From Paludibacteraceae bacterium (GTDB lineage Bacteria; Bacteroidota; Bacteroidia; Bacteroidales; Paludibacteraceae), in assembly GCA_017959385.1 (NCBI GenBank), contig JAGDAS010000020.1:1-42134 (forward strand): DNA of 42,134 nt. Direction: 5' to 3'. Positions 29,191-39,040 of this stretch are shown here, one piece after another. Each line of letters begins with the position of its first letter. Within the stretch, counting starts at the first letter, position 1. The notes below the pieces were generated by a model. It had not been told where the DNA came from. It worked only from the letters and a program-made list of their open reading frames with translations, and searched no databases. A program made the position numbers and the translations under genes.

Positions 29191-30985
29191 CCAGACCATA
29201 CAACTGCTGCCCGACCACGTCATCAACCAGATTGCGGCCGGAGAGGTGATCCAACGCCCTGCGTCGGTGGTCAAGGAATTGGTGGAGAACGCCATTGACG
29301 CCGGAGCCACACAGATTGACATTGTGATCAAGGATGCGGGCCGGACACTGATTCAGGTGACAGACAACGGCAAAGGCATGTCGCCGGAGGACGCCGTCAC
29401 CGCATTTGAACGCCACGCCACCTCGAAAATACGCACGGCCGACGATCTGTACAGCCTGCACACCATGGGATTCCGGGGTGAGGCGCTGGCATCTATCGTA
29501 TCCATCTCATATGTGGATCTGCGCACGCGGCGCAGGGAGGACGAACTGGGTACACAATTGCACTGGATAGGCAGCCAACTCGAAGCGAATGAGCCGGTAG
29601 CATGTAGCGCCGGCACCACCTTCGCGGTGAAAAACCTGTTTTTCAACGTTCCCGCACGGCGCAAATTCCTGAAATCGAACGAAGCCGAATTCCGGGCCAT
29701 CCTCAATTGTTTCCAACAAATTGCTCTGGTGTATCCCGAAACCGCCTTCTCACTCACCCACAACGACAGCCCGGTGCTGCAGCTCCCCGCAGGCGGTCGG
29801 CATCAGCGCATCGAAGCCATTTTCGGTCATAAGACCGGCAGCCAGCTGCTCAATGTGGACGTGGACACGCAGTTGATCAAAATCAGCGGTTATGTCGGTC
29901 TGCCCGCCCTTGCCCAGAAACGGGGCGCCCACCAGTATTTCTTCGTCAACGGCCGCTACATTCAGCATCCCTATTTCAACAAAGCGGTCACAATGGCCTA
30001 CGAAAAAATCATCCCGGCCGACCTGCGTCCCGCCTACTTTCTCTACTTTGAGGTGGACCCGGCGGAACTGGATGTCAACATCCACCCCACCAAAACCGAA
30101 GTAAAATTCGCCCAGGAGCAGTCCATCTTCCCTATGCTGACGGCTGCTGTACGCGAAACTTTGGGGAAAGCCAACGTCGCCCCGTCAATCGATTTCGACC
30201 GCGAAGGTGCCCTGGACATCCCGGCCATGCCCTCCGCCGTGGAGTTTGTACAGACGCCCCCTTCCGGCTACAATCCGCATTACAACCCCTTCAGCGGAAG
30301 CGCATCCACCTCATCGTACCAGTCCAAACCGGCCACGGAAGGCTGGGACAAACTGTTTGAGGATACATCCAAGCGTGTGGAAGAGGCTCCCAGCCCCACG
30401 CTGGCCGTGACCCCGGAGGCCCACGACGGTTACCATCACTGGCAGTACAAACTGAAATACCTTATGGAAGCAGGTGAGGACGGTCTGCTCATCATTGACC
30501 AGCACCGTGCCCATCTGCGCATTGAATACGAACGCCTGCTGCGCGATGGCGAAGGAGCACCGGCAGCTTCGCAGCAGCTCCTGTTTCCGGAGGAGGTGGA
30601 ACTGACAGCCGCACAGCAGTCGCTGCTGAGTGAATGGAGCGGAGAGTTGCAGCGTATCGGGTTCCGATGGGAAACCGACGGCGGCACACTGCGCATCACC
30701 GCCACCCCCGCCACCCTGCCGGCCGGACACGCACAAACGCTGCTACAGGAAACCCTGCAGGACCCCGACACCACACCGGGAATGCTGCAGACGGAAATCC
30801 GTCAGCGTCTGGCACTGTCAATGGCGCGCCAGACAGCCATTCGCGCCGGACAAGCGTTGAACGAAACACAAATCTGCGACCTCATCAACCGGTTGTACCA
30901 GTGCGATGACTGCCAATATTCGCCGGAAGGGGGGAAAATCAGTTTCCGGATTTCGGACGCATTTATGGAAAATGAATTGAAATAA
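29180..30985 (+). CDS. mutL: DNA mismatch repair protein MutL
   Basis: 601 aa; the GHKL ATPase N-terminus reads [38 protein letters not shown]...DNGKGM...GFRGEAL. Confidence 0.95.
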   Translation: MSANQTIQLLPDHVINQIAAGEVIQRPASVVKELVENAIDAGATQIDIVIKDAGRTLIQVTDNGKGMSPEDAVTAFERHATSKIRTADDLYSLHTMGFRGEALASIVSISYVDLRTRRREDELGTQLHWIGSQLEANEPVACSAGTTFAVKNLFFNVPARRKFLKSNEAEFRAILNCFQQIALVYPETAFSLTHNDSPVLQLPAGGRHQRIEAIFGHKTGSQLLNVDVDTQLIKISGYVGLPALAQKRGAHQYFFVNGRYIQHPYFNKAVTMAYEKIIPADLRPAYFLYFEVDPAELDVNIHPTKTEVKFAQEQSIFPMLTAAVRETLGKANVAPSIDFDREGALDIPAMPSAVEFVQTPPSGYNPHYNPFSGSASTSSYQSKPATEGWDKLFEDTSKRVEEAPSPTLAVTPEAHDGYHHWQYKLKYLMEAGEDGLLIIDQHRAHLRIEYERLLRDGEGAPAASQQLLFPEEVELTAAQQSLLSEWSGELQRIGFRWETDGGTLRITATPATLPAGHAQTLLQETLQDPDTTPGMLQTEIRQRLALSMARQTAIRAGQALNETQICDLINRLYQCDDCQYSPEGGKISFRISDAFMENELK

Positions 30986-31002
30986 AAGAAATACAACACA
31001 CC

Positions 31003-32514
31003 ATGTCAAACACCAACATCCGCGTACGTTTCGCTCCCAGTCCGACCGGGCCGCTGCACATCGGCGGCGTGCGCACCGCTTTGTACAATTATCTTTTTGC
31101 CAAAAAGAACGGGGGAAAAATGATCCTCCGCATTGAAGATACCGATTCGAACCGCTTTGTGCCCGGTGCCGAGGCCTACATCATCGAAGCCCTGACTTGG
31201 TTGGGCATCCGCTTTGACGAAGGCATAGCGAACGGTGCCGCCACCTGCCGCCAAAGTGAGCGGAAACCCATTTACCGCAAGTATGTGGACCAACTGCTGC
31301 AGGACGGACATGCGTACATCGCCTTTGACACGCCCGAAGAGCTGGAGGCCAAGCGCCAGTCAACGCCCAATTTCCAATACGATGCACGCACGCGCGGCGA
31401 TATGGTGAATTCGCTGACACTGAGTAAGGAAGAGGTACAAACGCGCCTGGACCGCGGCGACAACTATGTAGTCCGCATCCTGATTGAACCCGGCCGGGAC
31501 ATCACCGTTGACGATCTGATCCGCGGTCAAGTGACCATCAACTCCAACATATTGGACGACAAAGTGTTGTACAAGTCGGCCGACAATCTGCCCACCTATC
31601 ATCTGGCCAACATTGTGGATGACCATTTGATGGAAATCTCGCACGTGATCCGCGGTGAGGAATGGCTCCCCTCCGCCCCGTTGCATGTACTGCTGTACCG
31701 CTATCTGGGTTGGGAGGACAGCATGCCCCGCTTCGCCCACCTGCCGCTGCTGCTCAAACCCGAGGGCAACGGCAAGCTGAGCAAACGCGACGGCGACCGC
31801 CTGGGCTTCCCGGTATTTCCGCTTGACTGGACCGATCCGAAAACGGGTGAGAAATCATCCGGCTACCGCGAGGCAGGCTATTTCCCGGAGGCTGTGGTCA
31901 ACTTCCTGGCCCTGCTGGGCTGGCATGCCACCGATGACAAGGAGTTCTTCACCATGGACGAACTCATCCGGGAGTTCTCGCTCGACCGCGTCAGCAAGAG
32001 CGGCGCCAAGTTCGACTATGAAAAGGGCAAATGGTTCAACCACCAATATCTGATGAACAAGTCGGCCGAGGAGCTCTACCCGCATGTACAACACATCCTG
32101 GAGGAACACGGCGTGGATGCGCCCAAGCAACAGGTGCTGACCGCCATTGACCTGACCAAGGGACGCTGTACCTTTGTCGCCGATTTTTGGGAACACATGC
32201 ACTTTTTCTTCGTAGCACCGCAAACCTACGACGAAAAAACCCGTCAGAAACGCTGGAAAGAGGATTCGCCGCGCGAAATGCGCGAGTTGTACACAGTATT
32301 GGAGGGCATTGACGACTTCTCCATCGAACATTCGGAGCAAACCGTCATGGCATGGATCAACGCCCAAGGCTACCACACCGGCAACATCATGAACGCCTTC
32401 CGCCTGTGTATTGTAGGCGAAGGAAAGGGACCGCACATGTTCGACATCACTTCGTTGATCGGAAAGGAAGAAACGCTGAGACGACTGAAGAAAGCTATTG
32501 AAACCTTATCGTAA
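31003..32514 (+). CDS. gltX: Glutamate--tRNA ligase
   Basis: 503 aa with HIGH-type [14 protein letters not shown] and KMSKS-type KLSKR motifs. Confidence 0.95.
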   Translation: MSNTNIRVRFAPSPTGPLHIGGVRTALYNYLFAKKNGGKMILRIEDTDSNRFVPGAEAYIIEALTWLGIRFDEGIANGAATCRQSERKPIYRKYVDQLLQDGHAYIAFDTPEELEAKRQSTPNFQYDARTRGDMVNSLTLSKEEVQTRLDRGDNYVVRILIEPGRDITVDDLIRGQVTINSNILDDKVLYKSADNLPTYHLANIVDDHLMEISHVIRGEEWLPSAPLHVLLYRYLGWEDSMPRFAHLPLLLKPEGNGKLSKRDGDRLGFPVFPLDWTDPKTGEKSSGYREAGYFPEAVVNFLALLGWHATDDKEFFTMDELIREFSLDRVSKSGAKFDYEKGKWFNHQYLMNKSAEELYPHVQHILEEHGVDAPKQQVLTAIDLTKGRCTFVADFWEHMHFFFVAPQTYDEKTRQKRWKEDSPREMRELYTVLEGIDDFSIEHSEQTVMAWINAQGYHTGNIMNAFRLCIVGEGKGPHMFDITSLIGKEETLRRLKKAIETLS

Positions 32515-32517
32515 ACA

Positions 32518-34122
32518 ATGACACGGAAGGGGTGGTTGACTGCCGTCGCCTGCCTGTGGCTCATGGGAACCGTCCAAGCCCGGGAACAGGCTTCCGCCAA
32601 ACGCGAATTCAGAGGCGTTTGGATGCACACCGTGTACAGCAACCTGTTCAAGAACCTGACCACCGCGGAGATCAAAGACACGCTGACCAAGCAATTGGAC
32701 CTGCTCGCCGAAGACGGATGCAATGCGCTGCTTTTCCAGGTACGGCCGGAAGCGGACGCCTTCTATGTATCGCACTACGAGCCGTGGAGCCGTTTCCTGA
32801 CAGGAACGCAGGGGAAAAGTCCCGATCCCTTTTTCGATCCCATGGAGTTCCTGATCGAGGAATGCCACCGGCGCGGCATGGAGTTCCATGCCTGGATCAA
32901 CCCCTACCGGGCCAACTCAAACACGGCCAATCCGCTCTACGACAACCACCCTTACCACAACAAGCGCTACCTGTTCATCCATTACGGGAAAAGTCTGTAC
33001 TACAATCCCGGTGTCCCGGAAAACCGTGCGCATATCTGCAACGTGGTCAAGGACATTGTGACCCGGTACGATGTGGACGCCATCCACATGGACGATTATT
33101 TCTACCCCTATCCGTTGCGCGGACTGCCCTTCCCCGACAACGACACGTTCAAACGATACGGCATGAACAACGGATACGAGGTATCGCAGAAGGACGACTG
33201 GCGCCGCGACAATGTCAACCGGCTCATCCACGAACTTTCGGATGTGATCAAACAGCAAACAACCTGGGTGCGTTTCGGCATCAGTCCGTTCGGCATCTAC
33301 CGCAATGCCGCACAATCGCCGGACGGAAGCCGCACCAACGGCATGAGCTGTTACGACCAGTTGTACGCCGACATTCTGTTGTGGATGCGCAATCACTGGA
33401 TTGACTACGTCATTCCGCAACTCTATTGGGAAATCGGTCATCCACAGGCCGACTACGAGACGCTTCTGAAGTGGTGGGACGACCATGCGGTGGAGGGAGT
33501 GAACCTGTACATCGGCCAGGACGTCAACCGGAGCCGCCGCCAATTTGAACAGAAGTGGGCCATGGAGGACAGCTGCCGGCATGTAAGCGGCAACTGCTAT
33601 TGGAGCGCCGATGCCCTGCTGCAGAACAAGCAGGGAGCGGGCGAAAAGGTTGCCCGTCACAACCGGCAACCGGTACTGACGCCCACCTACCCTTGGTTGG
33701 ACAGCATTCCACCCTATGCCCCCTTCAACCTCCGGATGGATCTGATGGGTCCTGAGCCGCTACTGAGATGGGATGCGGGCGACGAACCCGGCGAATTGGA
33801 TAAAGTGAGCGGCTATGTGGTGTACGGGTTCTATCCGGAAGAACCGTTCGATCTGAACCGTGCGGACCGCATCCTGGCGGTCACAACCGCCAAGCAAATG
33901 GTGCTTCCGGACGACATTGACGCGCTCTGCCGCTTCTACGTCGTGACCACGCTGGATCGTATGCACAACGAAAGCAAAGGATCGATCCCCTATCAGTACA
34001 GTGAATCGGACGTTACCGACGAAGAGATTTTTGATTTTGAAAATACGACCACGGACGACCCTTCCGAAGAAGCGGATACCGCCCCTTCGGAAAAGGAAAT
34101 CCCTAAAACCAACGAACCATGA
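32518..34122 (+). CDS. Secreted glycoside hydrolase-like family 10 (GHL10/DUF187, YngK-like) protein
   Basis: 534 aa with a signal peptide, then REFRGVWMHTVYS...CNALLFQVRPEADAFY.S.YEPWS..LTG.QG..P...DP..F.I.ECH.RG.EFHAW.NPYR and an acidic C-terminal tail. Confidence 0.75.
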   Translation: MTRKGWLTAVACLWLMGTVQAREQASAKREFRGVWMHTVYSNLFKNLTTAEIKDTLTKQLDLLAEDGCNALLFQVRPEADAFYVSHYEPWSRFLTGTQGKSPDPFFDPMEFLIEECHRRGMEFHAWINPYRANSNTANPLYDNHPYHNKRYLFIHYGKSLYYNPGVPENRAHICNVVKDIVTRYDVDAIHMDDYFYPYPLRGLPFPDNDTFKRYGMNNGYEVSQKDDWRRDNVNRLIHELSDVIKQQTTWVRFGISPFGIYRNAAQSPDGSRTNGMSCYDQLYADILLWMRNHWIDYVIPQLYWEIGHPQADYETLLKWWDDHAVEGVNLYIGQDVNRSRRQFEQKWAMEDSCRHVSGNCYWSADALLQNKQGAGEKVARHNRQPVLTPTYPWLDSIPPYAPFNLRMDLMGPEPLLRWDAGDEPGELDKVSGYVVYGFYPEEPFDLNRADRILAVTTAKQMVLPDDIDALCRFYVVTTLDRMHNESKGSIPYQYSESDVTDEEIFDFENTTTDDPSEEADTAPSEKEIPKTNEP

Positions 34123-35345
34123 AAAAAATTGTGTTGTTATGCACCGGTCTGCTGGCAACGTGGACCCTGTGTGCAAGAGAAGTAACCGAAATCGAAGTGG
34201 ACAGCCGGACGCGCAGCTACACGCTGTATTTTCCGGAAGGACGCGCAACAGACGAGCCCACCCAACTGGTGGTCATGCTGCACGGATTGGGGCAAACCAT
34301 GGACGATTACCTTCCAGCGGCGAAGGGACAGGAACTGGCCAATACATACGAATGCGCCATTCTGGTACCGCAGGCCATCGCCGAGCAGGACGCGGAAGTG
34401 AACAGTGTCGCCAGTTTTGTCGGCACCCAATACCCCATGCTTTCGACCTCTGCGCTGGCCCATGTATGGAATGCGGGAGCTTCGGCCACGACCGCCGACA
34501 TCAAAGCCTCGCTGGGTACCTATTCCGGCCTTTGGGACATGATGGCGCCCAACATTTGCCCCAACGCCTATGCGGCCGGCAAAGTCCAGATGCAAGCCGG
34601 TGTGGACGACGTGAAATTCATCAATGCGGCCATTGACCAGGCTACGGACGACTACAATCTGAAGCCGGAAATCTGGATGACAGGCCTTTCGCTGGGTGGC
34701 GCCATGTGCTACCGCTATGCTTTCAGCGGGCAAAGCCGCGCCGCCAAAATCGCAGTGGTCAGCGGATTCATCGGACACGAAGTGCAGGTTCCGGCCACTA
34801 TCGGCCTACCGGTTATGGTGATCAACAGCCGGACAGACGAAGTGGTCACCTATGAGGGCAATCTGTTTGCCGACGCTGTGGAAACGAATGTAAACCGGTT
34901 GGCGCAGGCACAGGGGCATGGTGCGTTTAACGAGGAGAACACCACCCGCATCGGTGATGAACTGACCGGGACCGAAGTGCGTGATTACGAAGAACATCCG
35001 CGCCTGCTATTCTACAAAGTACTGGACGCCGACCACACACTGGGCAACCTGCAAGGATACGACCTGTACGACCACATTTGGACGTATTTTGAGGAAACCC
35101 TCAACAAGGTTAAAGAAACCCAGGCAACAACGAAAGCCCTGCAGCTTTACCCCAACCCGGCGGGGGATGTGGTTTACACAGAGACAGACGGCCTTTACAC
35201 CATTTCGGACCTGAGTGGCCGTACGCTGCTCCGGGGCGAAACCGACGACCGCGCCATTGTGGTCGGCAGCCTCAGCCGCGGACGCTACCTGGTTACGCTG
35301 CAAACCGATCAAAACTGCTACAAAGCACTGCTTCTGAAGAGGTAA
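34119..35345 (+). CDS. Alpha/beta-hydrolase esterase (PHB-depolymerase/feruloyl-esterase-like) with a T9SS C-terminal sorting domain
   Basis: 408 aa with a signal peptide, the nucleophile elbow GLSLGG, and the C-terminus LQLYPNPAGDVVYTETDGLYTISDLSGRTLL...GRYLVTLQTD...ALLLKR. Its ATG overlaps the upstream TGA. Confidence 0.75.
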   Translation: MKKIVLLCTGLLATWTLCAREVTEIEVDSRTRSYTLYFPEGRATDEPTQLVVMLHGLGQTMDDYLPAAKGQELANTYECAILVPQAIAEQDAEVNSVASFVGTQYPMLSTSALAHVWNAGASATTADIKASLGTYSGLWDMMAPNICPNAYAAGKVQMQAGVDDVKFINAAIDQATDDYNLKPEIWMTGLSLGGAMCYRYAFSGQSRAAKIAVVSGFIGHEVQVPATIGLPVMVINSRTDEVVTYEGNLFADAVETNVNRLAQAQGHGAFNEENTTRIGDELTGTEVRDYEEHPRLLFYKVLDADHTLGNLQGYDLYDHIWTYFEETLNKVKETQATTKALQLYPNPAGDVVYTETDGLYTISDLSGRTLLRGETDDRAIVVGSLSRGRYLVTLQTDQNCYKALLLKR

Positions 35346-35353
35346 GGTATACT

Positions 35354-35388
35354 AAAAAAAGGTGCGACCTTTCGGCCGCACCTTTTTT
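35354..35388. terminator. Bidirectional intrinsic terminator between convergent genes
   Basis: A7-GGTGCGACC-TTTC-GGCCGCACC-T6. The stem is 9 bp with one mismatch, which becomes G-U on the minus-strand RNA. Confidence 0.85.
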
Positions 35389-35404
35389 ATACTTTGCATC
35401 CCGT

Positions 35405-36106
35405 TCAACGTACCACCACGGCACGAACCGACAGGCCATCCATACGAGCATCCGCGCCAACCCCAAAGTCCAATTCGTCCTCAAATCCAAACGCAAAACT
35501 GTTGGCGTTGGTATCTTGGAATGTCGAACAAGACCAATAGTCGCCAAATTCACCCATTCCATCTACATATCCCTCATAGAAAAATCCAGCGGCGGGGAAG
35601 AATATCGTTTTCCCATTGGGGCCTGTTGCCAATAGGCCATTCACTTCATTCTGTTTGGCCCACACCCAGGAGCACTCGTTGACCAACTCCCTGTACTGGT
35701 TGCCAGTAGGCGTACGCCAGGAGCTTCCCCATGCAAACGTAGCCGCATCGTCCGATGCCTGCAACTCGGACAGGCCGTCCGTATCATTGTATTTCGAAAA
35801 CGAACCTTGCCCTGTGTTGTCGTCATAACTGATACAGTACGCCAGGTTGTTCCAGCCATAAAAATTCTTCTGGCTCGTTTCGCCCCAAGCGAAATAACTA
35901 CCCGGTTTCTCCGGTGAGGATGCACCTACATTGCACGTAGCCCAAAGCGTTCCGGACGGCAGTCCAAGATCAACGTACTCATGCCCGCCTACAAAATTTT
36001 CGCCCTGTTTCCCTTCCTCTCCGGAGGGTTCGTCCTTCTCATTGTTGCAGGCACCCAGTGCGAACAAAGCACCCAGCATCAACGCAAAAAGAAATTTACT
36101 TTTCAT
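35405..36106 (-). CDS. Lipoprotein with a Fibrobacter-succinogenes-major-paralogous (FISUMP)/DUF1566-like domain
   Basis: 233 aa with lipobox LGACNN, then YVDLGLPSGTLWATCNVGASSPEKPGSYFAWGE...WRTPT..QYRELV.ECSW.W...FFPAAG...GDYWS...GLSVRAV. This is the pattern typical of that family. Confidence 0.65.
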   Translation of the reverse strand: MKSKFLFALMLGALFALGACNNEKDEPSGEEGKQGENFVGGHEYVDLGLPSGTLWATCNVGASSPEKPGSYFAWGETSQKNFYGWNNLAYCISYDDNTGQGSFSKYNDTDGLSELQASDDAATFAWGSSWRTPTGNQYRELVNECSWVWAKQNEVNGLLATGPNGKTIFFPAAGFFYEGYVDGMGEFGDYWSCSTFQDTNANSFAFGFEDELDFGVGADARMDGLSVRAVVVR

Positions 36107-36186
36107 AATACCATGTTTTATAAACGCCTACTCTTGATCGGATTTTCGGCATCCTCCGTTATTTTCAAAAATTGACACTTAAGCAT

Positions 36187-36221
36187 AAAAAAAGCGTGAA
36201 CCCATCGTTGTTCGGTCCCGC
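36187..36221 (-). terminator. Intrinsic-terminator-like hairpin inside the gene-free gap
   Basis: Minus-strand RNA GCGGGACC-(11-nt loop)-GGUUC(A)CGC forms 8 bp with one bulge and one G-U pair, followed by U7 (plus-strand A-run 36187-36193). On the plus strand the G-U pair becomes an A-C mismatch and no T-tract follows. Confidence 0.5.
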
Positions 36222-36412
36222 TTCAAGGTTCTGGAAAACCCACATAGACAGACACAAACAACATGAAGTCCACGCAATTATGCTATGCCTGCGAAACCTC
36301 GCAGAGACATATACACACAGCGTGACATCATTGTTGCCATGCTCGAGTCCATGTTTTGAGAATTTTCCAGATTCTGAAGCGACCAAGCAAGGCGCAATAA
36401 CGCCATTTTCAC

Positions 36413-36460
36413 AAAAACATCGCATACGGCAGCCGCACCCGGCACACTCATTCCGTATGC
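36413..36460 (-). terminator. Hairpin plus U-tract immediately downstream of the predicted promoter
   Basis: Minus-strand RNA has GCAUACGG...CCGUAUGC as an 8-bp outer stem with an inner GCCG-GGUG-CGGC stem, followed by GAUGUUUUUGUG. Confidence 0.45.
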
Positions 36461-36474
36461 AACGATAGATATTA

Positions 36475-36505
36475 CAAAGATAATAAAGTTTTACGAATTT
36501 TCAAA
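36475..36505 (-). promoter_or_regulatory. Full-consensus Bacteroidota promoter with no gene directly downstream
   Basis: Minus strand reads TTTG (36505-36502) - N19 - TATCTTTG (36482-36475), an exact match to TTTG-N19-21-TAnnTTTG. Confidence 0.5.
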
Positions 36506-36572
36506 ACAAACCTCGCCAAGGACACCGTCCCTCCGTTTCCCTTGACCGTATTCCTCAAGATACTATACTCCA

Positions 36573-37883
36573 CTACCCCACCAACCAACGGATCAAATCC
36601 ATCCCGTTGGCGTAAAACAGCAGCAGGATAAGCAGCGTCATACCGACTATTTGTGCACCGATCATAAAGCGGTCACTGAGTTTACGACCGGTAAGGGTTT
36701 CCCACAACAGGAAGAAGATATGACCGCCGTCGAGCCCCGGAATGGGGAGGACATTCATAAATGCCAGAATAACGGACAAATAGGCGCATAGATTCCAAAA
36801 ATAAATCCAGTCAAACTGACTCGGGAACATCTTGGCCATCGTGCCGAACCCTCCCATGGAGGACGCACCCTCTTTGGTGAACACCCACTTCATGTCGTCG
36901 GCATAGCCGGTCAGCTTGCGCCATCCGGCCGCGATGCCGGCGGGGAAGGATTCGAAGAAACCGAACTGTTGCGTACGCACCGGATAAAAATGGTCGTACC
37001 ATTCGCAATAAACCCCGATTTTACCAGCCGAGTCCGGCACCAATGCCGTAGTACGGAGCGTTCCGCCGCGAACATAACCCAGTTGCAGCGTATCGGAAGC
37101 GTGCTCCTTGAAGCATGCGACGAAATCACTCTGCGTCAAAAGAGGAACTCCGTTGACCGACACCAGGCTGTCGCCCGCCAGCAAACCCGCCCGCTGAGCC
37201 GGCGAATCGGCCATAATCTCCCGCATGACAAAGGGGATGCGTACCGAGACCAATCCGGACTGCTCGGCAATGAGGCGTTTGGCGAAATTTTCATCCAAAG
37301 CGATGCCAACCGTATCGCCGCCGCGCAGCACCTTCACCTCCCGGGCGTTGAGCAGTCGGCGCATGCTTACTTCGTCGTACCGTTCCAGGAGCACACCGTC
37401 GGCTGTGAGCAGTATGTCGCCATCCTGAAATCCGTATTCGTGTGCGGTTTCCACATAATCCATACCCATGGACACGTCCTGCAGGCAAAGGTAGCGCTCC
37501 CCCTGCGTAAACAACAGCATGGCATAAACAACAACGGCCAGCAGGAAGTTGTTGAACACACCGGCAAACATGATGATAAGCCGCTGCCATGCAGGCTTGC
37601 TGCGGAACTCCCAAGGTTGCGCCGGCGCCTTCATCTGTGCGACATCCATGGACTCATCAATCATACCGGCCAATTTGACGTAACCGCCGAGCGGTATCCA
37701 ACCGATACCGAATTCCGTTTCACTCCATTTGGGCTTGAAGCGGAAAAGCGAGAAACCGGGATTGAAGAACAGGTAGAATTTTTCCACCCGCACGCCGAAA
37801 ATCCTGGCGGCGGTATAGTGCCCGAGCTCGTGGATCATCACCAGGAGCGTAAGGGCCAGCATCATTTGGAAAAGCTGCATCAT
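36573..37883 (-). CDS. rseP: RIP (site-2) zinc metalloprotease RseP
   Basis: 436 aa with an N-terminal HELGHY zinc motif in a TM helix, a PDZ region and a C-terminal TM helices. Its ATG overlaps the dxr TGA. Confidence 0.93.
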   Translation of the reverse strand: MMQLFQMMLALTLLVMIHELGHYTAARIFGVRVEKFYLFFNPGFSLFRFKPKWSETEFGIGWIPLGGYVKLAGMIDESMDVAQMKAPAQPWEFRSKPAWQRLIIMFAGVFNNFLLAVVVYAMLLFTQGERYLCLQDVSMGMDYVETAHEYGFQDGDILLTADGVLLERYDEVSMRRLLNAREVKVLRGGDTVGIALDENFAKRLIAEQSGLVSVRIPFVMREIMADSPAQRAGLLAGDSLVSVNGVPLLTQSDFVACFKEHASDTLQLGYVRGGTLRTTALVPDSAGKIGVYCEWYDHFYPVRTQQFGFFESFPAGIAAGWRKLTGYADDMKWVFTKEGASSMGGFGTMAKMFPSQFDWIYFWNLCAYLSVILAFMNVLPIPGLDGGHIFFLLWETLTGRKLSDRFMIGAQIVGMTLLILLLFYANGMDLIRWLVG

Positions 37884-39040
37884 AGGTATTTGGTCAACAA
37901 AGAGGAAGCCAACTGCCGGGCTTCGGCATCGGAGGCCACATAGTCCTCGTAGCCGGGATGTTCCACGAAGGCGGCACCGGCCATGGTGTCGGCAATCAGA
38001 TCGCTCATGGCCAGAAAACCGATGCGGTCGTGCAGAAAGGCCGAAACCGCCACCTCGTTGGCGGCGTTCAGGATACAGGGGGCGTTACCACCGCGGGCGG
38101 CTGCGTCGAAAGCCAGCTGCAAATTGCGGAAACGCTGCACATCGGGACGCTCGAAAGTCAGTTGGCCCAAAGCGGCGAAATCGGCCCGCGGAAAATCCGT
38201 TTCCACCCGGTCGGGATACGTGAAGGCATACTGGATCGGCAAACGCATGTCGGGCGCTCCGAGCTGGGCTTTGACACTACCATCGCGGAACTGTACCATG
38301 GAATGGACAATGGACTGCGGATGCACGAGAATCTCTATCCGGGACATCGGCACACCGAACAGCCAGCGGGCCTCAATGGCTTCAAAACCCTTGTTCATCA
38401 TACTGGCCGAATCAATGGTGATCTTGGCCCCCATGGACCAGTTGGGATGTTTGAGCGCATCCCGTCGCGTCACTTTGGCCATTTCCTCCAACGATTTCGT
38501 CCGGAACGGACCGCCGGATGCCGTGAGCAGGATCTTCTCAATCGGATTACCCGCCTCACCCGCCAGACACTGGAAGATGGCGGAATGTTCCGAATCGACC
38601 GGCAGAATAGCGGTCTTGTACTCCTGCACCTTGCGGCAAACCAGATCGCCGGCCACCACCAGTGTCTCTTTGTTGGCCAACGCGATGGTCTTGTGGGCGG
38701 CTATCGCACGGAGCGTCGGAGCCAGGCCCGCATAGCCCACCATAGCCGTCAGTACAATGTCAACACCGGGCATCTCCACCACTTCGCACAAGGCGGAGGC
38801 ACCGGCAAAGACCTTGATGTCGTGGTCCTGCAGGGCATCCCGCACCTTCTCGTAATGCGCCTCGTTGGCGATGACCACCGTGTTGGGGCGGAACTGCAGG
38901 GCCTGCCGGATCAGCAGATCGGCCTGATTATTGGCCGTAAGGCAGTAAACCTCGAAAAGGTCGGGATGTGCCGCAACCACCTCCAACGCTTGCGTACCGA
39001 TCGAACCGGTCGAGCCAAGAATGGCTATCTGTTTTTTCAT
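37880..39040 (-). CDS. dxr: 1-deoxy-D-xylulose-5-phosphate reductoisomerase
   Basis: MKKQIAILGSTGSIGTQALEVV... from ATG 39040, which overlaps the upstream TAA by 1 nt. The ORF track extends to ATG 39091, but that would overlap the M23 gene by 51 nt and add a non-homologous N-terminus. Confidence 0.93.
   Translation of the reverse strand: MKKQIAILGSTGSIGTQALEVVAAHPDLFEVYCLTANNQADLLIRQALQFRPNTVVIANEAHYEKVRDALQDHDIKVFAGASALCEVVEMPGVDIVLTAMVGYAGLAPTLRAIAAHKTIALANKETLVVAGDLVCRKVQEYKTAILPVDSEHSAIFQCLAGEAGNPIEKILLTASGGPFRTKSLEEMAKVTRRDALKHPNWSMGAKITIDSASMMNKGFEAIEARWLFGVPMSRIEILVHPQSIVHSMVQFRDGSVKAQLGAPDMRLPIQYAFTYPDRVETDFPRADFAALGQLTFERPDVQRFRNLQLAFDAAARGGNAPCILNAANEVAVSAFLHDRIGFLAMSDLIADTMAGAAFVEHPGYEDYVASDAEARQLASSLLTKYL

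Larger units (their letters stand above)
36187..36468 (-). ncRNA. Candidate unannotated transcript (orphan sRNA of about 55 nt or about 280 nt, or a 5' leader of the lipoprotein gene)
   Basis: Bounded by a full-consensus promoter (36475-36505) and two terminator-like hairpins (36413-36460 and 36187-36221), all oriented on the minus strand. I recognised no known RNA family. The only ORFs (57 and 86 aa) have atypical A/T-rich third codon positions. Confidence 0.3.

Noticed and set aside
36165-36468. ORFs of 98 aa (plus strand, TTG start), 86 aa (minus strand) and a hand-found 57 aa (minus strand, 36451-36278) in the gene-free gap.
   Set aside because: Third codon positions are A/T-rich and rare codons are frequent, unlike all neighbouring genes. 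The 86-aa ORF runs through a terminator hairpin and its U-tract. I recognise no signal peptide, TM helix or motif. They are kept only as an alternative hypothesis under the ncRNA finding.
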